This document shows, piece by piece, positions 50,609 through 61,636 of a stretch of DNA of 64,000 bases. The stretch spans positions 3,879 through 67,878 of the forward strand of contig JBDKUX010000093.1 of the NCBI GenBank assembly GCA_039679455.1, in the 5' to 3' direction. Source of the stretch: Smithella sp. (GTDB lineage Bacteria; Desulfobacterota; Syntrophia; Syntrophales; Smithellaceae). Position numbers and translations under genes: made by a program. The number at the start of each line of letters is the position of its first letter. Position 1 is the stretch's first letter. The notes under the pieces are model-generated. The model saw only the letters and a program-made list of their open reading frames with translations. It did no database searches and was not told where the DNA came from.

Positions 50609-51766
50609 ATGCCCATGTTTGAACTGACTGAAGTGTGTAATGAAAATTCGGCGAAAATCAAGGTGATTGGAGTAGGGGGAGGCGGCAGCAATGCCGTTAA
50701 TACAATGATTTCATACTCGCTGCGCGGCGTGGACTTTATTGTTGCCAATACGGATGTGCAGGCGTTGGGAGCATCGGCTTCCTCCGTCAAAGTTCAGATT
50801 GGTGCGGAAACAACAAAAGGCCTGGGTGCAGGTTCCAATCCGGAAATCGGCAAAAAATCAGCATTGGAGTCCCGTGATCAGTTGAGAGAATATCTGGAAG
50901 GCGCGGACATGATTTTTGTGACTGCCGGATTGGGCGGCGGCACGGGAACAGGGGCGGCGCCGGTTATCGCGGAAATTGCCCGCGAATGTAATGCATTGAC
51001 GGTCGCCGTAGTTACGAAACCTTTCCAGTTTGAAGGCAAAAAGCGCAATATGCAGGCGGAAGAAGGAATTGCTCTTTTACGCGATACGGTGGATACATTA
51101 ATTGTTGTTCCCAATCAGCGCCTGCTTTCCCTGGGCGGCCGCAACCTGTCTCTTTTAGAAGCATTCAAGAAAGCGGACGACATCCTTTATCAGGCGGTCA
51201 AGGGTATTTCCGATTTAATTATTATTCCGGGACTTATTAATCTTGATTTTGCCGATGTGAAAAATGTTATGAGCAATATGGGCATGGCGCTGATGGGCAC
51301 AGGTATTGCGTCCGGCGAAAATCGTGCCGTAGAAGCGGCGCAGAGGGCTATTTCTTCTCCGCTTCTGGAAGACAATACAATTCAAGGTGCGCACGGTATC
51401 CTGCTTAACATTACCGGCGGGCCGGATATTAGTCTTTATGAAATTAATGAAGCATCGTCGTTGATTCAGGCGGAAGCTCATGAAGACGCCAATATCATTT
51501 TTGGTACGGTTATTGATGAAGATATGAGTGATGAAATTCGCATCACTGTTATTGCCACCGGCTTTGATGATACCATGAGCGGTAAGCAGGGTGTGGACAA
51601 TATTTCACACCTGGGCGGTTTCCGGCGGGAAGATTTATCCACACCGACTTTTATGCGCAGGGAAAGATCCCACGACAGCGCCAATGTTGTCACCCTGGGC
51701 GTTAACGATGAGGTCGAGGATATTGACCTCGAAATTCCCACATTTTTACGCAGACAGGCCGATTAA
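50609..51766 (+). CDS. ftsZ: cell division protein FtsZ
   Basis: GGGTGTG, NLDFAD, C-terminal [10 protein letters not shown]. Confidence 0.98.
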   Translation: MPMFELTEVCNENSAKIKVIGVGGGGSNAVNTMISYSLRGVDFIVANTDVQALGASASSVKVQIGAETTKGLGAGSNPEIGKKSALESRDQLREYLEGADMIFVTAGLGGGTGTGAAPVIAEIARECNALTVAVVTKPFQFEGKKRNMQAEEGIALLRDTVDTLIVVPNQRLLSLGGRNLSLLEAFKKADDILYQAVKGISDLIIIPGLINLDFADVKNVMSNMGMALMGTGIASGENRAVEAAQRAISSPLLEDNTIQGAHGILLNITGGPDISLYEINEASSLIQAEAHEDANIIFGTVIDEDMSDEIRITVIATGFDDTMSGKQGVDNISHLGGFRREDLSTPTFMRRERSHDSANVVTLGVNDEVEDIDLEIPTFLRRQAD

Positions 51767-51848
51767 GAGGCATTGTTGTTGTATTCATGGCAATTTCGAT
51801 CTGCGGCTTTTGTTTTAAAAATGGCCGGGAAAATGCTATGATAATTTA

Positions 51849-53543
51849 ATGAATTGGAAACTGAAAAGAAAATATACAACCCTTCTGGAACAGGAAAAGG
51901 GTTATGTAAAAAAAATTTGGGGCAAGGATAATACGATTTGTCTGGCCTATCCTCATTATTACAGGACGGGCATGTCGAATCTGGGCTTTCAGACAGTTTA
52001 TAAAATATTTAACGAACAACCTTCCTTCCTTTGTGAGAGAGTATTTCTTCCCGACGCCGGTGGCGAGGCCGAATTCGCCGCCGGCAGGGCGGATTTTTTC
52101 AGCATCGAGAATCAGAAACCAATTGCCGAATTTGACATATTGGCTTTTTCTTTATCTTTCGAAAACGATTATCCCAATATTTTGACAATGCTGGCGCTCG
52201 CGGGCATCCCGCTTACGGCCAAAGAGCGTTCCGAAGATCATCCGCTGGTAATCGGCGGCGGTATTGCCGCAACATTAAATCCGGAGCCGATCGCCGTTTT
52301 TTTTGATTTATTCATCCTGGGTGAGGCGGAAGGATCTCTGCCTGTATTCACCCGCATTTTCGAAGAAGCGCGAAGCAGTGGGCTCAGCCGCGCCGATATG
52401 CTGATCAGGATGCAAAAAAATCTGCCGCAGGCCTATGTGCCCGGTCTTTATGACGTCCAATACTTCCCGGACAGCAGGATCAAGGCAATCGGGCCGATTG
52501 TATCCGGCCTGCCGGAAAGAATCAAGATATCTCCCATAAAGGATATAAACTCTTTCTGTACGAATGAAGTTATCAGCGCTCCGCGAACGGAAATGGAAGA
52601 TATGTATCTTACCGAAGTCAACAGGGGGTGCGCCCGCAGCTGCCGGTTTTGCGCTGCCAGTTTTATTTACCGTCCGGTGCGTTTTCGCAGCTATGAGAAG
52701 ATTATCGCTTCCATAGACCGGGGGCTCACGGAAAAAAAGAAAATCGGCCTGGTGGGTACGGCTGTTTCCGATCATCCTGAACTTTCCCGAATCTGTGAAT
52801 ATATTTTAGCAAAAAACGGCCGGGCCGGAATCGGATCATTGAGAGTTGACCAAATTAACGAAACAATCGTCGGGCTCTTTAAGGCACATGGCATTGAGAC
52901 GATAGCGCTGGCTCCGGAGGCCGGCAGCCAGAGGCTGCGCGATTTGCTGCGCAAAGGAATCACCGAGGAAGACATCATGCGGTGTGCGGAGCTTCTGATA
53001 GAAAATGAAATAACTAATCTGCGATTATACTTTATGATCGGTCTCCCTTCGGAGACCGAAAAAGATATTGATGCGATTATTGATCTGGTAAAAAAAATTC
53101 AGCATCACGCTTTACAGCAGACCCGCGGTAAAAGAATCTTCCGGAGTATTACTCTTAGCATCAATCAGTTTATTCCCAAACCGACAACGCCCCTGCAATG
53201 GTGTGCGCTGGCTGATGTAAATTCCGCAGGGAAAAAAATCAGAAAGATAGTCAGCGCTTTTGGGAGAAATAAGCAGATCAGGGTTATTCATGACGTGCCA
53301 AAATGGAATTATGTTCAGGCCCTGCTTTCGCTGGGTGATCGTAAGACAGGCGATATTTTAATTGCCGTTCATCGCCTGCACGGTAATTGGGCGCAGGCGC
53401 TCAAGGAAGTGAATGTAAATGCGGACTTCTATGTATATCGCCCAAAGCAGTTTGATGAAATCCTGCCGTGGGATATTATTGATTCAGGTACGTCCAGGAA
53501 AGCGCTGATCAGCGAGTACAAAAAGGCGATGGAAAATGAATAG
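51849..53543 (+). CDS. B12-binding radical SAM protein
   Basis: YRTGMSNLGFQ, EVNRGCARSCRFC, APEAGSQRLR, YFMIGLP. Confidence 0.85.
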   Translation: MNWKLKRKYTTLLEQEKGYVKKIWGKDNTICLAYPHYYRTGMSNLGFQTVYKIFNEQPSFLCERVFLPDAGGEAEFAAGRADFFSIENQKPIAEFDILAFSLSFENDYPNILTMLALAGIPLTAKERSEDHPLVIGGGIAATLNPEPIAVFFDLFILGEAEGSLPVFTRIFEEARSSGLSRADMLIRMQKNLPQAYVPGLYDVQYFPDSRIKAIGPIVSGLPERIKISPIKDINSFCTNEVISAPRTEMEDMYLTEVNRGCARSCRFCAASFIYRPVRFRSYEKIIASIDRGLTEKKKIGLVGTAVSDHPELSRICEYILAKNGRAGIGSLRVDQINETIVGLFKAHGIETIALAPEAGSQRLRDLLRKGITEEDIMRCAELLIENEITNLRLYFMIGLPSETEKDIDAIIDLVKKIQHHALQQTRGKRIFRSITLSINQFIPKPTTPLQWCALADVNSAGKKIRKIVSAFGRNKQIRVIHDVPKWNYVQALLSLGDRKTGDILIAVHRLHGNWAQALKEVNVNADFYVYRPKQFDEILPWDIIDSGTSRKALISEYKKAMENE

Positions 53544-53548
53544 AATCT

Positions 53549-54922
53549 TTATTTGGATTCTTTGCGCAGATTATATTTAATCATCTTCAACTGCAATCCT
53601 TTGCGGCTCAGGCCCATTTGCTTGGCGGCCTTTGTTACATTGCCGCCTGATTCTTCCAGGCACTTGATGATCATTTGCTTCTCTACGTTTTCCACATGGT
53701 CACGCATGAAATCTTTGAAGGGTTTTTTTTCATCGTCTGTTAGCGCAGGCGGCAATTCTTCCAGACCGGCCTTGAATTCATCGGGCAGCTCATTGACGGT
53801 AATCAGATTGTCTTTGGCCAGGAGCATCATTCTTTCAATCAGATTTTCCAGTTCACGAATATTGCCCGGCCAGTCGTAGCGTAAAAGCTTATCTTTTACT
53901 TCACTGTCAATCGCGACGGAAAGCTCCAGCTTTCTATTAAATTTATCAATGAAATAATCAACCAGCGGTAAAATATCTTCTTTTCGTTCCCTCAGCGGCG
54001 GCACCACAATGGGAAAGACGTTGAGCCGGTAATACAGGTCTTCGCGGAAATTTCCGGACTGGACATCCTGCAGTAAATTTTTATTCGTAGCCGCAATGAT
54101 GCGCACGTCGACTTTAATTGTCCGCAGTCCGCCGACGCGTTCAAACTCCTGCTCCTGGATGACGCGCAGCAGTTTAACCTGCATGTCCCGGGGAATTTCT
54201 CCAACTTCATCCAGAAACAGCGTCCCCTTATGGGCAAGCTCAATTTTCCCCGGTTTGGTGATGGTTGCTCCGGTGAAAGCGCCTTTTTCATGGCCGAAAA
54301 GTTCGCTTTCCATCAGTGTCTCGGAAATGGCAGCGCAATTGATTTTGATGAGCGGATTGTTTTTCCGGGGAGAATTTTGATGGATAGCATCGGCCACCAG
54401 TTCCTTGCCGGTGCCCGTTTCCCCGGTGATGAGAACGGTGGTTGTTGTCGGCGCTACTCTTTTGATGGCGTCGAATATCTCCAGCGAGCGTTTGCTCGTG
54501 CCGATAATGCCGGTTCGTTCTATTTCTTCCGGCGGCACGAACAATTCGTTCTCGTTTAGAGTACGGGTTTTGATCGCTTTAGAAATGACGTTTTTCAGGT
54601 CATCGAGCTCAAAAGGTTTGGTTATGTAATCGAGGGCGCCTTTTTTGAGGGCTTCCACGGCGGTGGCGACAGTTCCATGCGCCGTAATCATGATTACAGG
54701 TATTTCCGGATATTGTTCGGTAATGCAATGCAGCAGTTCCATCCCGTCAATATGGGGCATTTTTAAATCGGTAACAACTACATCCATCCTGCTCGATTTT
54801 AAAATCTGCAGGGCTTCCCTGCCGTCGGCTGCCGATGTGACGGCATATCCTTCTTTTTTCAGCATGGCGGCCAGAACCAGCCGCATGTTTATTTCGTCGT
54901 CAACTATCAGAACTTTATTCAT
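53549..54922 (-). CDS. NtrC-family sigma54-dependent response regulator
   Basis: Receiver (DLKMP), GETGTGKE, ESELFGHEKGAFTGA, WPGNIRELEN, Fis HTH. Confidence 0.95.
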   Translation of the reverse strand: MNKVLIVDDEINMRLVLAAMLKKEGYAVTSAADGREALQILKSSRMDVVVTDLKMPHIDGMELLHCITEQYPEIPVIMITAHGTVATAVEALKKGALDYITKPFELDDLKNVISKAIKTRTLNENELFVPPEEIERTGIIGTSKRSLEIFDAIKRVAPTTTTVLITGETGTGKELVADAIHQNSPRKNNPLIKINCAAISETLMESELFGHEKGAFTGATITKPGKIELAHKGTLFLDEVGEIPRDMQVKLLRVIQEQEFERVGGLRTIKVDVRIIAATNKNLLQDVQSGNFREDLYYRLNVFPIVVPPLRERKEDILPLVDYFIDKFNRKLELSVAIDSEVKDKLLRYDWPGNIRELENLIERMMLLAKDNLITVNELPDEFKAGLEELPPALTDDEKKPFKDFMRDHVENVEKQMIIKCLEESGGNVTKAAKQMGLSRKGLQLKMIKYNLRKESK

Positions 54923-54977
54923 AGGTGGCTAATTATTACGGGTTGGATTTTAAATCAAGCCGGAATGTCTGTTAAAT

Positions 54978-56501
54978 TCAGCCTGCGGCGTTAAGCCGGA
55001 GAAAAAATATGGTTTCTTTTCCCGGAATCGATTTTACACTGACCAGGCCCCCATGCTCTTTGATTATTTTCCGGCAGATCGCCAGGCCGAGACCAGCGCC
55101 TCTTTCCTTGGTTGTGTAAAAAGGTTTGAAGATATTTTTCAGAGATTCTTTGCTGATGCCGCAGCCGGTATCGCGGATCGTCAGACCGACGGCATTACCG
55201 GCGCTTGTTTTAATTTTAAATGTGCGGAAAGTTAAGGTGCCTCCCTCGGGCATTGCTTCGATGGCGTTGAGGGCAATGTTTAAGATCACCTGCATCAATT
55301 GCTGTTCATCTACTTCCACATCCGGCAAAGTATCATCCAGTTCCGTGACAATGGATATTTTACTGGCCAACTCGTTGGCAGCGATTATGGAGTTGGCTTT
55401 GGAAATAAGCGTATTGATATTCTGCTTTTTCAGCTTGAGCGTATAGGGACGGGCATAATCGAGAAACTGGCTGATGACGGCATTCAGTCTGTTTACTTCC
55501 TCTATGATGACATCGAACAGTTTATGCTGTTCTTCCGTGACGGCTTCCGTTTTCAGATATTGAGCGGCACCCTTGATCGAACCCAGCGGGTTGCGGATTT
55601 CATGGGCAAAAACCGGCGCCATTTCCGCCAGCATCATTGATTTTTCCCTTTCCAGTTTATTGTCGAATTCATAGATCGATGTAAAAACGTTTTTGCTTTC
55701 CGGATAAAAGTAGCTGAATATTATTTTTAATATTATGCGGATCGGAGAAAGAGAAATTACGATTAAAAACGAAGCCATAAGGATACTGGTAAAAGACGGC
55801 AATTGACTGTCGCTGAAGAAGCCCGCCGTAAAGTAAAAGATGACCATGCTGCATATGGTGCTGACAAAAATAACCAGTGTACGTGCAAAGAAGTCATGCA
55901 GTTCATGCAGCTGCGGGTAAGCGATAATCAGCAGGGTGAAGTAAAGCAGGGCTGATATGATAATTCCTGATAAAGGCGGAAAATTAAAGCCGAAATATAT
56001 AAGCAAATCAATGCTGCTCAGAATTAATGCAATAGGACAGGCAAAAAGCAGATAGCGCAGCCGTTTTTTTTCGACACTGGGAAATAATTTATTAACGTAG
56101 CGGACAAGGGCGATGTAGCATAGTCCCAAAGTGGCAAAAGTGTAAGATAGTAACAAAGGATGGAAATGCGACCATCGGGAAACGGGGGTAAAAAGGAAAA
56201 GGGCTCCCAGCGAACTTGCTACAATGGAAAAGACAATAAATCCCCTGGTCAAAATAGATTTGTTGTGAGTCAGCTGGTGGAAAAACCAGAAAGCACAGGG
56301 GGCGGTTGTCAGTATACCCAGATATTGAACTTTCCTCCAGAAAGGAGACAGAAAAACATCACTGGAAAAAGCGCCGATCTGGGAAACAAAAACAGCAAAG
56401 CAAAGGCAGATAAAAGATGCTTGCAACTTGTCTTTCCTGCCGGTTATAATGAGAGAAACGGCAATGATAAAACTTGTGGCGGCAAGAGTAAATGTATCCA
56501 T
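54978..56501 (-). CDS. multi-TM sensor histidine kinase
   Basis: ~8 TM segments, AHEIRNPL, NAIEAM, DTGCG, FYTTKERGAGLGL; TTG 56522 is an alternative start. Confidence 0.92.
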   Translation of the reverse strand: MDTFTLAATSFIIAVSLIITGRKDKLQASFICLCFAVFVSQIGAFSSDVFLSPFWRKVQYLGILTTAPCAFWFFHQLTHNKSILTRGFIVFSIVASSLGALFLFTPVSRWSHFHPLLLSYTFATLGLCYIALVRYVNKLFPSVEKKRLRYLLFACPIALILSSIDLLIYFGFNFPPLSGIIISALLYFTLLIIAYPQLHELHDFFARTLVIFVSTICSMVIFYFTAGFFSDSQLPSFTSILMASFLIVISLSPIRIILKIIFSYFYPESKNVFTSIYEFDNKLEREKSMMLAEMAPVFAHEIRNPLGSIKGAAQYLKTEAVTEEQHKLFDVIIEEVNRLNAVISQFLDYARPYTLKLKKQNINTLISKANSIIAANELASKISIVTELDDTLPDVEVDEQQLMQVILNIALNAIEAMPEGGTLTFRTFKIKTSAGNAVGLTIRDTGCGISKESLKNIFKPFYTTKERGAGLGLAICRKIIKEHGGLVSVKSIPGKETIFFLRLNAAG

Positions 56502-56568
56502 AATTTTGTTAATATAGTCCAAAACGTTAAAAAAGCTAATTAAAATTAATATTGGGATTGATTACATC

Positions 56569-56898
56569 ATGATGCAATACCTGTTAAAAGTAAAAAATGG
56601 AATGGCAAATATTATTAACATCACATTATTACTTGTTATTTGCCTGGCTATTCCCTCTGCGGCCTTTGCAGAGGAGAGGATTGTCCAATTAAATTTGTCC
56701 GGTTGTGCTGATTGTAATGCAACTGTCCGGATCGAAAAAATTTTGAAGAAAACCAGGGGTGTCAAGAAACATATAAATAAAGGGCACGGCTTGTTGGTCA
56801 TCACCTTCGATGATGAAATTACTACCCTTAATATTATTGTTAATGAACTCAAAAGAGGAAAGTTGTTTGTTGAAGGCGAAGCAATTTTTTTGAAATGA
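56569..56898 (+). CDS. exported heavy-metal-associated (HMA-like) protein
   Basis: Signal peptide (ATG 56602 likely start), GCADC motif, IEKILKKTRGV. Confidence 0.65.
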   Translation: MMQYLLKVKNGMANIINITLLLVICLAIPSAAFAEERIVQLNLSGCADCNATVRIEKILKKTRGVKKHINKGHGLLVITFDDEITTLNIIVNELKRGKLFVEGEAIFLK

Positions 56899-56985
56899 AG
56901 GCGATAAAAATATCAGGAATTTGTTCATCAGTCTGTTGCTGATGATTCCCTATGGCTGAAAATAATTTCCCGTGTGTGAAGTACT

Positions 56986-57122
56986 CTACGCAGCTGCAAA
57001 TTTAACTACGCAGCTATTTTCCCCGGAAAGCTTTTTTGTTCTACCCTGTCATGATATATATTCAATAACTTCTATCATTTACTGCTTTATAAGATAATTG
57101 TGTCCATGGCATAATAACTGCA
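56986..57122 (+). promoter_or_regulatory. sigma54 promoter with tandem UAS-like repeats and IHF-like site for the FAS cluster
   Basis: CTACGCAGCT at 56986 and 57006; TATTCAATAACTT at ~57059; TGGCAT-AATAA-CTGCA at 57107-57122 (GG-N10-GC). Confidence 0.65.
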
Positions 57123-57201
57123 TGGATTGCGGAAGTTATTTGTTATTATTCATAAAAAATTTTTTATTCGAAATTTAGTAGATATTGCAGGGAGGTTTTC
57201 A

Positions 57202-58152
57202 ATGAGCGAAAGTAAATGTGTAGCAGTTGTCTTTCCGGGACAGGGTTCGCAACGGCCGGGGATGGGGAAAGATTTTTATGATCAAATTCCCGTCAGCCGC
57301 GAAACATTTCAGGAGGCTTCTGACACATTAGGTTGGGATGTTGCCGCCATGTGTTTTGGCGAGGATGAAAGACTCAATCTTACCCAATATACTCAACCAT
57401 GTATTTTAACGACAGAAATAGCTATGTATCGTGCTTTGGTTGATCGTTATGGTTTTTCGGCCCAGTGCTTCGGAGGTCATTCCCTGGGTGAGTTCACCGC
57501 GCTCGAAGCCGCTGGAGTCATGCCGCTGGCCCAGTTGCTTCAGATAGTTCAAACCCGCGGCAAGTTAATGCAGCAGGCCGTTCCTGTAGGAGTCGGGGGC
57601 ATGGCGGCCGTCATATCGGAAGGTCTTGATGCTGAGCGCCTGAAGGAATCATTGAAAGATTTGCCCCTTGATCTTGCCAACATAAATTCGGCCAACCAGA
57701 TCGTCATCAGTGGTCAGGCCTCGGCAATACCGGATGCGGAAAAAATATTGTCGGAAGCTCTGGCAGGAGAAAAACCATTCAGATACGTTAAGTTGAATGT
57801 CAGCGCACCCTTCCATAGCCGCTTTATGAAACCGATCGCGGAGCCTTTTTTGCAGACTTTAAAGGAGGTTGGTACGGGATTGACTCCGGAGAATGCTTCC
57901 AAAGTGACTTCAAATTTTACCGGTGGATTCCATAAGGATTCGGCCGCCGAAATAATCAGCAATCTGGTTAACCAGCTCAGCAATGCCGTGAGGTGGCGCG
58001 ACAATATGCAGGCATTGGCCTCCCGGGCCACCGAAGTTTATGAAATCGGTCCAGGTCGACCCTTGCGGGAGTTTTTCAAAACAATTGATGTTGCCTGTCA
58101 GTCGATTACGGGATTGGCAGCGGCGGAAAAAGTTTTTGGCGGCGCCAAGTAA
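57202..58152 (+). CDS. fabD: malonyl-CoA:ACP transacylase
   Basis: GGAGG RBS; FPGQGSQ, GHSLGE, VSAPFHS, EIGPG. Confidence 0.93.
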   Translation: MSESKCVAVVFPGQGSQRPGMGKDFYDQIPVSRETFQEASDTLGWDVAAMCFGEDERLNLTQYTQPCILTTEIAMYRALVDRYGFSAQCFGGHSLGEFTALEAAGVMPLAQLLQIVQTRGKLMQQAVPVGVGGMAAVISEGLDAERLKESLKDLPLDLANINSANQIVISGQASAIPDAEKILSEALAGEKPFRYVKLNVSAPFHSRFMKPIAEPFLQTLKEVGTGLTPENASKVTSNFTGGFHKDSAAEIISNLVNQLSNAVRWRDNMQALASRATEVYEIGPGRPLREFFKTIDVACQSITGLAAAEKVFGGAK

Positions 58153-58256
58153 TATTTAGAAATAACGACTTGGCGAGTGAAGGGCCAAAACTACAATAAT
58201 ATAAGTGATTTTAAACAATTTAGAGAGTCAGCCACAAGAGGAAAGGTTTTTATAAA

Positions 58257-59456
58257 ATGGATTTTAACTTAAATGATAATCAGTTGATGTATGTGGAATC
58301 GGTACGAAAACTGGTAAAAAATGAGATCACACCTCACATTCTGGAGATGGAAAAGGCCCACAGGTTTCCCTGGCCGGTAATTTGTAAAGCGTGGGAAATG
58401 GGTATCATTAATCTGTGCATCCCGGAATCGGTGAAAGGTTTTGATATCGACGTTATTTCATCGGCGATGATTATCGCAGAACTTTCCTATGGTGATACGG
58501 GAATTTCCACTTCGGCGATGTGCAATGATCTGGCCAATGTCGTTATTTCCCGGCATGGTACGAAAGAACAGCAGGAAAGATTTCTGCGGCCTTTTGTCGA
58601 AAAGCCTCTTTTGGCTGCGTTTTGTCTGACGGAACCGGGGGCGGGTTCGGATAATTCCATGATGACGTCTTTCATTGCGAAGAGGGATGACGGCTCTTAT
58701 GTGTTAAACGGCTCCAAGTGTTTTATTACCAATGCTTCCTATGCTTCACAATACACCGTTCTGTGCAAGGTTGGAAAACCGACCGGCAACTTTATGGCCT
58801 GTGTTGTTATTCCGGTGGATGAGGTTACAGCGGAAGTGATACCGGATATCGCCAACAATACACGGGAAATAGATTTACCAACAGGCGGTAAGATTATTAT
58901 CGGCAAACCTGAAGACAAACTGGGGCAACGTCTGTCCAATACGGCCAGTGTGACGTTTGAGGATGTTGTCATCGGGACGGATCAGATTATCGGAGACAGA
59001 AGATTCGGCTTTAAATACATAGTTGATGTTCTGGATTATGCCCGGCCGATGGTGGCGGCGATCGGTTTGGGATTGGCCAAAAGAGCGCTGGCGGTCACTC
59101 TTGATTATACCCGGGAGCGCAAGCAGTTCGGTCAGCGGATTTGTGATCTGCCCGTAGCCAGAGAAACCATCACGGCTATGTGGAAAAAAGTGGAACTGGC
59201 GGAACTGGCTCTTTTAAAAGCAGCCTGTAAGATCCAGGAGAAGGCTGCTGATGCCGGAATTTATGCATCATTGGCGAAGAATACCGCAGCGGAGGCGGCT
59301 ATTTTCTGCTCGGCGGAAGGGTTGCATCTGCATGGCGGCTACGGTTTTACGACAGAATACGAAATATCCAAGCTGGCCAGAGATGCCCATATTGTTGATA
59401 TTTACGAGGGCGTCAGAGAAGTGCAGAATATGATTATTGGCCGGGAGATTGTATAA
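58257..59456 (+). CDS. acyl-CoA/acyl-ACP dehydrogenase family flavoprotein
   Basis: FCLTEPGAGSD, NGSKCFITN, KLGQR, RKQFG, HGGYGF, IYEG. Confidence 0.9.
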   Translation: MDFNLNDNQLMYVESVRKLVKNEITPHILEMEKAHRFPWPVICKAWEMGIINLCIPESVKGFDIDVISSAMIIAELSYGDTGISTSAMCNDLANVVISRHGTKEQQERFLRPFVEKPLLAAFCLTEPGAGSDNSMMTSFIAKRDDGSYVLNGSKCFITNASYASQYTVLCKVGKPTGNFMACVVIPVDEVTAEVIPDIANNTREIDLPTGGKIIIGKPEDKLGQRLSNTASVTFEDVVIGTDQIIGDRRFGFKYIVDVLDYARPMVAAIGLGLAKRALAVTLDYTRERKQFGQRICDLPVARETITAMWKKVELAELALLKAACKIQEKAADAGIYASLAKNTAAEAAIFCSAEGLHLHGGYGFTTEYEISKLARDAHIVDIYEGVREVQNMIIGREIV

Positions 59457-59458
59457 GG

Positions 59459-60451
59459 ATGCTTTATATTCACTCCATGGGACATTTTCATCCGGAAAAT
59501 ATTATCTCTAATAAATTTTTAGAAGATTTGGATATAGGGACTACCAGTGAATGGATTATGGAAAGGGTGGGGATTGAGAACCGCCGTACCGTTCTGCCTT
59601 TGGATTATATCCGACAAACAAAGAATGCCAATAAATTGGAATCTTTTGCCGTCAGGCAATATACCAATGCTCAAATGGGGGCCAGTGCCGCCCGCATGGC
59701 GATACAGCGCGCCGGCATAAAGCTTGAAGATATCGGCCTTCTTGTTTCCGGTACTTCCACCCCTGATAATCTTGCTCCGGCGGAAGCCTCGGCGATTGCT
59801 GCAGAATTGGGTATTGAAGTGCCCTGTTTCGATTTAAATTCCGCCTGCTCTACTTTTGGGATGCAGATGAATTTTCTTTTTCGGATGCAACCGGAAGCAA
59901 TGCCACCCTATGTGTTAGTTGTTAATCCGGAAACGATGACAAAGTCGATCGATTACACTGATCGTAATAATGCTGTGCTTTTCGGTGATGGAGCCTCCGC
60001 TACGATAATTTCTTCAACTATTCCGGGGCGCACCGTTATTTCGAATTGCGGCTTCGATTCCCGGCCGTCCGATTGGAGAAAAGTCGGTATTGACTGGGAT
60101 TGGAATTTTCACCAGGACGGCAGCGCCGTTCAGGGCTTCGCCATTCGGACGACGACGGAATATCTTAAACATCTTAAGAATGTTGCCGGCTCCGAAGCCG
60201 GACGGTTTATTTTTATCGGTCATCAGGCTAATTTAATGATGCTGAAAACAGTATGTGAGCGCGTGAAAATTGCCGCGGAAAACCATTGGTATAACGTTGA
60301 TCAATTTGGCAATAAGGCCAGTTGCGGCGCCCCCACGGTTTTAAGTATGCGGTGGGATGATCTGAAACCGGGAGATAATCTTGCCGTCGTCATCGTTGGT
60401 GCGGGGCTTACCTGGGCATACATGCTGTTGCAAGTGAAGGAGGATAAATGA
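59459..60451 (+). CDS. FabH-like ketoacyl-ACP synthase III
   Basis: NSACS, LFGDGA, GHQAN, FGN catalytic triad. Confidence 0.85.
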   Translation: MLYIHSMGHFHPENIISNKFLEDLDIGTTSEWIMERVGIENRRTVLPLDYIRQTKNANKLESFAVRQYTNAQMGASAARMAIQRAGIKLEDIGLLVSGTSTPDNLAPAEASAIAAELGIEVPCFDLNSACSTFGMQMNFLFRMQPEAMPPYVLVVNPETMTKSIDYTDRNNAVLFGDGASATIISSTIPGRTVISNCGFDSRPSDWRKVGIDWDWNFHQDGSAVQGFAIRTTTEYLKHLKNVAGSEAGRFIFIGHQANLMMLKTVCERVKIAAENHWYNVDQFGNKASCGAPTVLSMRWDDLKPGDNLAVVIVGAGLTWAYMLLQVKEDK

Positions 60452-61176
60452 TGGAAAAACCGGTTGCACTTGTTACGGGAGGTGCCATAGGTATTGGTGC
60501 TGCGTGTTGCCGTGCCTTATCGGCCGAAGGTTTTCGTGTCGGCATCCATTATCGCAAGAGTGGTGAGCAGGCGCAAAAAGTTCTTGCTGAAATAAAAGAT
60601 GGTTTTCTAATTCAAGCTGATCTCGCCAATATAGAAGACGTAGAGGCCATGGTTGTCAACTTAAAAGAACATACGAAGCGTGTTGATGTTCTGGTTAACA
60701 ATGCCGGTCAATCGATTAACGCTGATATATTTTCCATGAAGATCGAGCAGTTTGACGAACAAAGGGCGCTGACGCGTGGCGTCTGGTATATGACCAAAAG
60801 AATCCTGCGGCAATTCATGCTGCGCAGTCCGGCCGGCCGCATTATAAATATTTCCAGTGTTGTCGGTCATTTGGGTAACGCCGGGCAAATTCCGTACACA
60901 ATGGAAAAAGCGGCCCTGGATGCCTTTACTAAATCTCTGGCCCAGGAACTGCGCGGGCGCAACATCCTGGTGAATTCCGTTGCCCCCGGTTTTATTGAGA
61001 CGGAGATGACCCAGGAATTGCCGGAGGAGATAAAGAGTAAAATTCTGGCGGGGATTATCTTGAACCGCATCGGCCTTCCGGAGGAAGTTGCGGAAGTAGT
61101 CGCTTTCCTGGCGAAAAAGGGAAGCTACATAACTGGCAGTGTGATCCATGTTAACGGGGGGCTTTATGGTGGCTGA
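60448..61176 (+). CDS. fabG: FabG-like 3-oxoacyl-ACP reductase
   Basis: TGGAIGIG, NNAG, ISSVVG, YTMEK, VAPGFIETEM. Confidence 0.85.
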   Translation: MMEKPVALVTGGAIGIGAACCRALSAEGFRVGIHYRKSGEQAQKVLAEIKDGFLIQADLANIEDVEAMVVNLKEHTKRVDVLVNNAGQSINADIFSMKIEQFDEQRALTRGVWYMTKRILRQFMLRSPAGRIINISSVVGHLGNAGQIPYTMEKAALDAFTKSLAQELRGRNILVNSVAPGFIETEMTQELPEEIKSKILAGIILNRIGLPEEVAEVVAFLAKKGSYITGSVIHVNGGLYGG

Positions 61177-61636
61177 TGCCGACATAGTCCGGGAGGTTTT
61201 AGAGCTTGTGCCGCAGCAGGAGCCTTTTCGCTTTATTGACGAAATCATCGCTCTTGATGAAGACGAGATAGTCGGGACTTACCGTTTCCGTGAAAATGAA
61301 TTTTTCTACCATGGTCATTTCCCCGGCAGGCCTATTACGCCGGGAGTAATTCTGGTGGAAACGATGGCGCAGATAGGCGTGGTTGCTTTCGGCATGTATC
61401 TTCTGGCTTGTCAAAAAAATGTCAGACCGAGCCAGATGAAAAGTCCCTTAAGTCTCTTTTCTTTTATGGACAATGTGGAATTTAAGGGAATTGTAGTACC
61501 CGGAGAAAGGGTGATTGTAAAAGGCAAAAAAATTTATTTTCGTAAAGGGGCTATGAAGGTGGACATAGTTATGGAGAGAGAAAACGGTGAAGTTATCTGT
61601 TTGGGAAAATTAGCCGGAATGGGAGTAGAAAAATGA
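61166..61636 (+). CDS. fabZ: FabZ-like 3-hydroxyacyl-ACP dehydratase
   Basis: PFRFIDEI, GHFPGRPITPGVILVETMAQ. Confidence 0.85.
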   Translation: MVADADIVREVLELVPQQEPFRFIDEIIALDEDEIVGTYRFRENEFFYHGHFPGRPITPGVILVETMAQIGVVAFGMYLLACQKNVRPSQMKSPLSLFSFMDNVEFKGIVVPGERVIVKGKKIYFRKGAMKVDIVMERENGEVICLGKLAGMGVEK

